Below, in pieces: positions 50,101 to 59,727 of a DNA stretch of 64,000 nucleotides. Positions within the stretch are counted from its first letter, which is position 1. Each line of letters opens with the position of its first letter. Source of the DNA: Haplodiscus bocki (Eukaryota); contig OZ296659.1 of the NCBI GenBank assembly GCA_965655095.1, forward strand, positions 70,866,001-70,930,000, written 5' to 3'. Under the pieces are notes generated by a model. The model did not search any database. It saw only the letters and a list, made by a program, of their open reading frames with translations, and was not told the origin of the DNA. The translations under genes were made by a program, and so were the position numbers.

Positions 50101-53100
50101 AATTTCACAGTGTCATAAATGTCGAAAAATTTCACATTTTTTCAAAATTGTCGACAAAGTTCAAAATAATTGAAAATCTAAATACTATAAAATGGATTCC
50201 GTATTTTGAGTTTTAAAACTGCAGTATAGGGTATTTCAGTTTTCACTCTTTCAAATTTTTCCATTTCAAGTCCCACAAGGCCCAAAGTGCCGGTATTTCT
50301 ACCTTTTTTTCAATGTTTTATGGAAGTTCTAAATGTCAGTGATACTGCACACTTTTGAACAATTTATTTCTCTACCTTTGAACCTTGAAATCGCATTAAG
50401 TTTTCTTTTCATTTCCTCACTGGTTTTCAAGTTTTTGATCAAATATCACAGTGCCGAAAAGCTCGGACACTATAATTCTTCTCAAATTGATAAATACAGA
50501 ATACAATGCTCAGCAATACTGAGCTCTCTAATGTAAAATATCGGACTTTACACTCAAAAATTGTAAAAGAAACTTCGAATTCTTTGCGGGGTCCTCCTTT
50601 TTATTTATCGAGTTTTGCGTTGCCAAAATTGTCGGCAACTTCACAGTTCCTCAGAACAGAACATAAACTAGAAGTTCAAACTACCTGCAGTATTAGACAT
50701 TATAAAAGGAATTCGTTACGTTCAAATTTTCGAATTGTAATAGGTTTTTGCTTTTCTGTGCTGGTTTCAATTTTTCCCTTTCAAGTCTCACAGCGCCGGA
50801 AATGATTGGAGAGCCGTCATAGCAGCAACAAAAATGACAAGGAGCTGTCCATGGGTTATCTTATAAAACATGCGATTGAAAAGATGGGATGATTTTTTGG
50901 TGTTTTTTAAGAAATATGAAGACAAAATTTCCGTTTTGACTTTAAATAGGTCTCACATTTTGCCGGCCATTGTCGTGCTTCGATGATGTCAAGAGCATTG
51001 CTTAGGTAGTGACTTGCCACAATTTAGATTCTTTCCATTAAGTCTTGTCACTATCGGCTGGGATTACCGTGCGATAGCTCCATAATCGGGAAGGATTCTG
51101 TAACTGAGATCTAATTGTGACGTCGTTGTCGCATCTAATTGTGACGTCGTTGTCGCGTCTCGATTTCGACATTCAAAAATGCTCAGAACTGGCCTACGAC
51201 TCGTGTGCTACATAACAAATAGCCAGATTTACCTATCGGTTACGTCATTGTAGTATCTCCACTTGCAATTACGTAATAACTTTTGGCTTTGTGTGGGTTG
51301 AGTAAATGACCATATGTGGTTACTCGCTCAACACCCCCCCCCCCGGGGGGGGGCAAATAGACCTTTACAACTACTACTAAAGTAAAATACGTTCAAATCC
51401 AATGGGCCAGCTTTATATTTTTTTTCAAACGAAACCTTTTATCCCACCAGAAGCGTCAGAGCTCGCGTTGCCCTCCCAGGGATGAATTATAACTTTCATA
51501 CTGAGTTACTGAGACTGAGATAGGCCCAAAGGTAACAAAAAAACTTGCAAAGTTCTAATTCTGGGTCGTAGAAAGTTATTTCTGGCCCAGGAACGTACGC
51601 TTCACATAATCGTGTCACGTGCTGAATAATTATTCAATTCTCATAAACTCACGCATAATCAAACCTGCTGTCCGTTTTATCTTTGACAAAGAGCTGGTCC
51701 CAGAGCTGGAACGTACTAAGTTATCTGTGGTATAGTCAACCCGGAAAAACTTTCACGTTTCGAAGTTCAATTTTTTTTGTTGCTGATTACTCTCTCAAAA
51801 AAGATTTCTACAGCTTGACCATGGAACCAGATTATTTTCACATCTCTTTTTTGTAAAGATAATTAGAAAGTTTGTTCATTTGTTTTGAAGGCAAAGAAAG
51901 GATGGTAAACATAGACTATCTGGTTGAATTATCTTGGTACATTGATTTCTGTGACCCAGAAACGGAAATGTTCCAGTGCAAAATTGGATACTTTACTGGA
52001 CCTCAGTCTAAAGAACTGGGCGTGTTTTGCTACGACATTTGTTTACCCAGCGATGTCGCAACCGAAACAAGTTGCCAACTTCTCCGAGACCGGTTCTGCA
52101 ATGAATGCAACATGTTGAATGTGTTAAATTCAAGTAATTGGTGTGATAAAGATACTGGAAAATGTTTATGTAAAGACGGCTTTGAGTTTGGAAGGTTACC
52201 TAGTTTTTTAATTGAAAAATTACTATTTAAGAAGCAAAAAATGATTAATACGGAATAGACAATATTAATATTAAAAAGCTCCTTTGCAGTTAATTGGCAT
52301 TTCAGAGAAAAAAAGTTAGTTGAAAAAGTAGAAGTTTAGTCGCTTTTTCCAATTTTTTGTCACATAAGTTTTTATTTACATTATCTGCACCATGGACTTC
52401 TTCCGACAGTGAAATTAAATATTTTCACTATGAAAACATTGGAAAATTTCTTTTGGAAAAAATTGTTTCAATTTTTTTATCGATGGAGGATATAGCTTCG
52501 AAGCAAATATCAAATGACATCAGAACTGTCGATCGATAATTCCAATGTCATTTAACAAAAGTTAGCCGAAAGTTTACATCATTCAATGCCTTTCAGCTGT
52601 GACGTCCACTGTGCATCCAACAGAACAGGATTCGACTGTGGAAAAGACTGTGGCATTGTTTGTCAAAACAAGGATGCCTCTTGTTATGAGGGAAAATGCA
52701 TATGTCCAGCAGGAACAAAAGTACATTCCCATTCGTTAGTTATCGTGACGATCGGTGTAAAATCTTGTAACGGAAGTAAAGACTTTCTTGAACGTGCCTA
52801 CGCTCTACAAAATATGATTAACAAATTTTACTGCTTCCCACCATGTGCAATAAATTTTTGATCACAAATTCAAAAGACTGTCAAAATGGATTCCATCCCT
52901 TAAAGTACTAGATGCCTCACAGAACCTTAGGCTGCATGGAAAATTTTTACAAGATTAACAAATTGTCCGTTGCATTCAGATTTTGTTTGTTGCGTAAAAA
53001 ATGTGTAAAAGTTCCCAGTAGCAGTCAATTTTTCATGCATATAAAATTTTACATGCATCATGTAAAAACTTGTGAAAAATAACAGGCAAGTTACAAAAAC

Positions 53101-56100
53101 ATGTAAAACTTCCAAGCAAGCTCAATTAGGGCACCCTGGGAAATCCATTATTTGTTTGGCACCTCTTTTTCGCAAAGTTGCAGAAGATTCAAAACGGCGA
53201 GAGTATCACGGCAAACTTTCGTAATTGCAGTTCTTAGAACAATTTAGCATTCGCTTTTTGACGATTTTGTGTATGTACTAGAACGTGAATTCGAAGAGTT
53301 TTGACTTGCTTGCGGTAGAGTTTTTTCGATTTCTTGGCGAATTGGGCATATTAAAGTTCCCACCATATCTTTTTGTGAACTAGGTGTTGTTGTCATCAAT
53401 GGTTGTGCTGGAGTGGCTGACACCATGTTTACTGTAGCCTAGAACCCACCTTTGAGACTGGGATCCATTTCCATCAAAGCACTCAAGTCTACTGCGAGGG
53501 CCAGAGCACCATCTGGACTAGCTCGTTTGCTCCTTTGAAGTTCCCATCTGAGTTGTGCATCGTGGAGTTCTTCGATGAAATTGGTGGGAACCATTTGTTC
53601 TTCGATGAGTGGCTGTCCTCTGTAAACTATTCTGGCAAGTGTTCGTACATTTCAAAGAAACACAGCAAATGTTTGGTTTGGTTGTTGTCTAGTGGCTTAC
53701 AGTTTTGTCTTAAGAATTTCATCATTTGTGGTATACGTAGTACGGAAAACTGCTACTAACTGATCAAAGTTTTGTTGTTGTGCCACTGTGAGTGTTGTAT
53801 AGAAATGCAGGGCAATTCCTTTGAGTCTATGTGCAAAATAGTACGGTCGATTGTCAAAGTTGGCTGTTTGCCATCTTGAAAAGCTTGCTGCTGTTGTGAA
53901 TTGCTGCAAGTAATCTTCAAAGTTTCCTCCGCCGGTGAAAGCTTCCGGCATTAAATACGATGGGAGGGCTGCGGAAACTGCTCCAGTGACGACCGTTGAC
54001 GTTCTTGGTGCAGCAGGTGAGATAGGAGTGAGGGATACCAAACCGACGCTACCTGATTCCAACGTCACCACCGCCGCTAGGCAAGACTGCTCATGATCTT
54101 GGTGTTGACGAAGACATTTTGAGTCCGAAATTCCGAAACGTGCTTAAGACATTTTGAATTCAATCTTGGAGTTTAACTTAAACAAATGCGCACCGTATAA
54201 ATTTTTTCATCCAACTTCTTTGTTAAATCAGGCCAATCTTTCATTTTACATTTCTCAAGACTAGCCGTTCTGAATCTGAAAAGTTGTACCAACTTACTAC
54301 TTACCAGCCAACTGAAACTAGAAGAACAAATGATTTACGTTTTATGCTTCACAAAAAAGCAAAAATGAAAAAGAAGTCAGAATCTAACGATCCCACCTTT
54401 GTCACCACTTTTGTGACATGTGCGTATGTTCTGCTCAAGTGACGGTGGCCTACTTTTATTCTTTTCATAAAAAATTCAATTATTGCTCAGTAGAAATCAC
54501 TCTACGCCTTTTGGATTAAGAACGAAACGTCCAAAGCACAAACATGCATTAGTCGGTACTGCAGACTTTGCAAGTTCTACTTGTTTTATCGACTAAGAGA
54601 TGCTACGTTGGTACCTTGCCGCCTCTGGGCTCACGGGTTTATATCTGTCTCTGGTGGACCAGGACATAAGTGGGCTTCTACTTATTATATCCATCCGGAG
54701 TAGAACGATGTCTCTTATTTCAACGATACTGTGGAGCACTCTTTCTCATGCTCTCGATTTTTATTATGTCTATCACTAGGAGTGGTTGTTCTGAAATTCT
54801 CTTTTCTCAATTTCATGCAAACAAATTTCATTTTTCTCCTATTTTCTTTTGGATGCGCGTTTTTGATTCTCGTCACACATAAAATTTTGTTAGTAGTGAG
54901 TCTGGGATTACTCTACCACTTTTTGAATTGAAAGAGTAGTTTTGACTACTTTCTGGTTGCTGAAAAGGATTTGTTTAAAACTTGCTGTGACACACGTTGA
55001 AAAAAAAACAAATTTATGAAGTTGGTTGGATATTTCCTTTTTCGTTAAAATATTTTTAAGCATTTTTATGTTTTACAGTGAATGAAATTTTTTTATATTA
55101 ACCCTAATAGAACTCACGACATTGTGATCAAATATTGGCGTAGTTTATAACAAATTACGAATCGGAGTCAAAGTGAAGTCTTCTGGGATGATCTGTGAAT
55201 ATGAAATCTTCTAGGGTGATCTGTGGATATGAAAGTTCACTGTTTTCGGGTCGAAAAAAAGTTCAAGGTAGTTTGACGAAAGTTTACAAAATGATTTACG
55301 TAGATGTTGAATATTACAAGACGTTTTTCGTCGTTTACTGAATGGAGTTTTTATTTCGACGCATCACGTCAGATTACGATTGTTCAAAGCGGATTCTGAA
55401 GTTTGATTCACCTACTATTTTTGACAATTTGAGCAAGGCAACTGTTTTTGCGTTCTGTGCATTGACAGCTGAGGTTGGAAAGCTCCGGTGTTTCTTTACT
55501 CCGATCGTCGTGGCTGGCGTGATTGGACTATTTTTGGAAGCAACTATTTTTGGAGTAACTATCGTGAGCAAGATTGCTGGTTTGAAAGAAGCTATTTTGG
55601 AAGTAACTCTTTTTAATTTGGCCGATGCAATTTTTTAACAATTTGTAACAATAATTTTTGTAACAAGTTTTGAAAACAACAATTTTGATCGTAGCTAAAT
55701 TTGATAGGTTTTTTTATTGAAATTAACTAATTTGAGAGTAACTAAATTTGATCGAGCTGTTACAATCTGATGACGTTTGTCTATTCGTGTATTGGCTTCT
55801 TTTGTTTTGTTGTGGCGGTCATCTCCAGTACAGAAGTTGTTTCGTCAGCAGGATAATTTTAAACAGTCTGCTGAAGTGACTAATAAGGTGGTGGCGTAAT
55901 GAAATGTTGCCATCAATAGCGACGTGTCTAAATGTTTTATTAAAAGCACCAGAGGAGTTAGTTCATTTATGTAAATAAAATAAGCACGTGGTTAAATGGT
56001 TAAGAGGTGCACGTGAAATATTCAATTTATGTCTTGTTTACGTTCGTGTTTAAGTTTAACATTGTTTATTAATTCTTCAATCTCTCTTATTTGCGGTTGT

Positions 56101-59100
56101 CACAGTTCTCAAAAAAATGAAAACGTTTTTTTCTTGAAGAAAGCACTCTTTCTTCATCATATTACGTTTAAAAATTTCTAATTTTTGCCAAAAAAAACCT
56201 CATAATTAGGGCGGGAAAGACATTTTAAAGAAATAATACCATTTGATACGCTTTCTATAGCAAATTTGCCACCTTTAGCGATTTTGAAAAAAATCAACTT
56301 TTTTTCAAAAAACGCATCTTTCTTCTCAAAAAAGACCCAAACTTTGAACGTTTTGAGAAATCTTACTGTTTCAGTCGCATTCTTTGACAGACTTGCTATA
56401 TCTGGGCGTAAAAAATCACGCTCAGAAAAGTGAACAGACGAACAAACTGCCGATGTGGCGTGAACGCAATTGGCAAACATCGGCTAAGAAAAACGTTCCA
56501 TTTGAAAGGAAGATTTTGCTTTCATAATATAAATAATATGGCGCAAAATAAAATTCACGGGGCACGATACAAAAATTTTAGCATTTGCTTGAATACGAAA
56601 AATATTGAATGATGGAAATGGCATGGAAGAAGTTCTCGTTTTGAGGCTTCATAGCATCTCGCCGTTGACCAGGTCAATTCCATCTATCACACCGGCTGCC
56701 ATGTATGTTCAATGCGTGACCACCAGTTTGAAAAATTCAGGTGCTTGTTGTTCGGCATCTCCTCCATGGCCGTAGGCGGTTCATCAATCCTGGCCAACCG
56801 GTGAATATCGATAATTTTTGACAGAAAAAATTTGAATTAGTCACCTGACATCTCTGCTATTTCAATTAACTGAAGTAACTCAAGTAATTGAAATAATTTA
56901 ACTGCGCACTTCAATTGAAAAAAAATTGAAAAGAGTTGATCACATAAATGCAAACTCTTAAAATACTGAACATTTTAAAAACCATCCTTTTTAGGCTGGA
57001 TACGAAGGTTTCCGAAAATTTAGATATTCTTTTCTGAAATGGATTCACATGTTATTCCTCCTACAATTTATCTGATGTTTCTATTTGTTTTTTTGGGGTG
57101 GGGGGGGGGGTGGGAGCAGGAACAACGTCTGTGTCTGTTTCATTAATAACATTTAGAGTCATGCCATGCTCGCACTACATATTATTACACTGACATTTAA
57201 ACTTTATTCCCGCTCAACGTTTAGACGTTACTCTTTAGTTTTCATCCCGGTATAAGTTTAGACATTAGCACCACTCTTACAATCTTTCTGATGATCTTTC
57301 ATGGCGAACGGTATCATTATAAAAAATAAAGAAATATACTAATTTATGTTTATGGTGAAATACATTTTTCTGCACACCTACTAAATGACGCTTCCATTTC
57401 CCTTGAGTGGTCCATGCATGCGTATATTTTAAGGTACGCACGTTTTGCAGGCGCTTAGACAGGTTTGAAACGGTGGTCCATCAATGGCCAAGCAGGTGAA
57501 GAAATGGAGGTGGCTAGCTCTGGATCACCACTAATACACCGATGGTGCATTGGAGGGTTGGACCTGGACCATCGGTGGGATTCCACCCAGTTAATAAAAA
57601 TTATCACAAAACGTGTACTATTTTCTCCTGAGACATATTTTTAGCATATGCTTCCATGGAAGAATTTTGGTATGTTCTGCTGAATTTCATCAAATTCATT
57701 TCGAATGTCAGGGATCTGATGCTACTAAAAAACAAAAGCTGTGTTTGCCTGTCATTTTTTTCTTATAATTGAAATAAAATAAATTGAAAAAAAACTTCTT
57801 CTTCTTCTTCTTTGCGTGCCTTGTCAATAGACTTGGGCAACCAATAACGTCCGTTCGTAAATTTTCGACATCAGGCTCTCCATGGATTCTTGCTGGGTCC
57901 ATTTTTTAATTTGATCCATATACTGTATCGATGGTTTTCCTCTCTTCCGTTTTCCATTTATTTTTGCTGTTGTTATGATGTTTCCAGTTGTCCTTTTCTC
58001 ATAACGTGTCCAAAAAAAAGACACTTGTCGCTGCACAATTTTTTGAATTAATTTTCGTTTTCCAATAGTTTCTCTGAGTACCTGTTGGTTTGTCTTCTTT
58101 TCTTTCCAGCTGATCTTTTGCATTCTCCGTATGAACCACATTTCGGTCGCTTCCAGTCTTTTAATTTGTTGTTGGTTCAATATCCAATTTTCACATCCGT
58201 ACAGAAGTATAGGCATGACATAACAATTCAAAATTCGGTATCGCAAGTCAAACGGCATTTTAAGATTAGCTAGTATATTCTTCATGTCCGCAAAAGCTAT
58301 TTTCGTTTCGGCAATTCGACATTTAATATCAGTCATGTGTCCTCCATTAGTCGTTATCCAGCTTCCCAGGTATTTGAATTTTTCCACTTCTTTAAGAACT
58401 TCACCATTTAGTTTGATCTCTGTTTTCATTTTTCCATCTCCGTTTAGTACCGTGATGACCGTTTTTTTCGTATTTATCTCCATTCCAAACTTTCTACATT
58501 TCGCGTTGGTTTTTTCCAGTAGAATCTGTAGATCGTCTGCGGTATTTGCTGTTAAAACTGTATCGTCTGCGAATCGGATATTGGTTATATGGCCTCCGAT
58601 ATTGATTCCATTTTCTCTGTCTATTGCTCTCATTATCACCTCCGAATATAATGAGAATAGATCTGGCGATGCAACGCAAAAAAACCTACGTGACTTCTAT
58701 TTTGACTGTCTCCAATGTGAATGTTTTTTTTGTTCCAAATGAAAGAATGTGACTGGTTTCTTCTCATTCACCCTCATGTAGCAAATGATCTCCTGTTTTT
58801 CCTTCAGTTGACCAAAGAAAACCAAAGCCGTTTTCTACCTCGCGACGGGATTTGCAAACCATGCCCTATCGACGACCAATGTGAAGGAATGTGCGATGAA
58901 AGATGTTCGTTTGGAATTCCAATGTTTGGCGAATTCCCGTATTGTGATCCAGTGGATGGCCATTGTTTGTGCAAATCTGGGAGAGATCCTTTGAAAGATT
59001 GCAAAGACGTCTGCGCCAGTGGAACATTTTATATTCATGGCCAAACCAAAAAGTGTGAGCCTTGTGAATGCGCGAATGGAAAACTATGTGACCCAACAAC

Positions 59101-59727
59101 GGGAGTATGCAAGTGAGCTCTGATTCACATTCATTTTCCTCGTGTTTCTTTTTATTCATAAAATCATGATGAAAGGTGAATTTTGCGGACTAAACGCCCG
59201 ATGGGGATTTTAAATATGGAAATTTTGTTGTGATTTTGTGAAGAGACAATAAAAATATGTTACTGGGTATATGTTCAGTAACCAAGGCAAAACCGTTCTC
59301 ACAGAGGAAGAAAACAGCGAGTAAGCCGAAAAAGTATTTCAACTTTGTGAAAGAATTCGTTTCGATAACTCCCCAAATGTTGGTACTCGCAAAATTTGAC
59401 AGTTCACCGTTTTTGCGGTGGTCGTTTTTATAACGAAAAAAAAAGAATCTAAACTAACTAAATTTTAATTTTTTTTCCAACTAGACCTCGCAAATTTGAA
59501 ACAAATTATAACAACACTAGGTACTTTTTAAAGCTGTGGAAAATTTCTGTGTGGAGAAAAATGCAACATTTCAATGGGAGAATGCCCGCCTGGACTGTGG
59601 GGTGCTGATTGTGACAAAAATTGTAACTGTGAAGCTCCTTGGAACTGCACAAGAGATGAAGAAGACCTGGGCAGGAACTGTGTATGTAGCCCCAACGAAA
59701 ACCTTGGCCACAGTTGTCATGCAAACA
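38195..59727 (+). CDS. Multi-exon Cys-rich EGF/laminin-EGF-like repeat protein (MEGF/SREC/draper-like), partial model
   Basis: Phase-consistent GT-AG exons: 38195-38357, 38528-38584, 51891-52194, 52597-52720, 58808-59112 and 59534-59727 (intron phases 1,1,2,0,2, then 1). The spliced frame is open and includes WCDKDTGKCLCKDGF, CYEGKCICPAG, YCDPVDGHCLCKSG, LCDPTTGVC and CPPGLWGADCDKNCNC. First and last exons were not determined. Confidence 0.85.
38834..42995 (+). repeat. Left inverted arm
   Basis: Reverse complement of 47193-51378; the match ends at CAGTTGCAATCAACGA. Confidence 0.95.
39053..39100 (+). repeat. Perfect 24-bp tandem duplicate in the TIR (mirrored near 51110-51157)
   Basis: GCGACAACGACGTCACAATTAGAT occurs twice in a row. 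Confidence 0.95.
45035..45400 (+). pseudogene. Possible highly decayed rve integrase in the spacer of the inverted-arm element
   Basis: LLVVSLSA..QPMSKWTG..LDTMCE..KFQLHLKAENCEPEASYM..NDLVDNS loosely follows the spacing of L.VID..S..PLK.KTG..TD.G.E..I.......E.KAS...DLV..Y. The catalytic residues are not convincingly retained. Confidence 0.35.
47193..51378 (-). repeat. Right inverted arm
   Basis: Reverse complement of 38834-42995. Confidence 0.95.
53130..54877 (-). mobile_element. 3'-truncated Ty3/Gypsy-like LTR retrotransposon (5' LTR, PBS, gag)
   Basis: LTR at 54412-54877 is bounded by TGTGAC...GTCACA. The PBS at 54390-54407 is followed by gag-like ORF 53697-54071 (PEAFTGGGNFEDYLQQF..W..RLKGIALHFY), which continues after a frameshift as NFIEELHDAQLRWEL. 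pol is absent. Confidence 0.8.
54390..54407 (-). promoter_or_regulatory. Primer-binding site, tRNA-Leu-like
   Basis: Minus strand TGGTGACAAAGGTGGGAT starts 4 nt after the LTR end and is complementary to a tRNA 3' end of type ATCCCACC..TGTCACCA. Confidence 0.7.
56200..56552 (+). repeat. Dispersed repeat of unknown class
   Basis: Homologous to 20570-20870. Confidence 0.65.
57796..58677 (-). mobile_element. 5'-truncated RTE-like non-LTR retrotransposon (RT C-terminal half)
   Basis: CVASPDLF, IRFADDTVL, FKYLGS, YGCENW and RKRGKP..YMDQI appear in and around ORF 57824-58639. It has a (GAA)n 3' tail and a candidate TSD AAAAAAAC at 57788-57795 and 58678-58685. Confidence 0.92.

Larger units (their letters stand above)
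38834..51378. mobile_element. Non-autonomous Polinton/Maverick-type element with ~4.2-kb inverted arms
   Basis: Termini are AGTAGTAGTTGTAAAGGT and ACCTTTACAACTACTACT. The flanking direct repeat AAAGTA lies at 38828-38833 and 51379-51384. Arms are 38834-~42995 and ~47193-51378, shown by mirrored ORF pairs (e.g. 42120-42329 minus and 47861-48070 plus). No long ORF. Confidence 0.92.

Noticed and set aside
38834-51378. Inverted arms as an assembly artefact or as a Mutator/foldback element
   Set aside because: The arms differ at many sites and are flanked by a clean TSD. A 6-bp TSD with AGT..ACT ends fits Polintons, not the 9-11-bp TSD of MULE/foldback elements.
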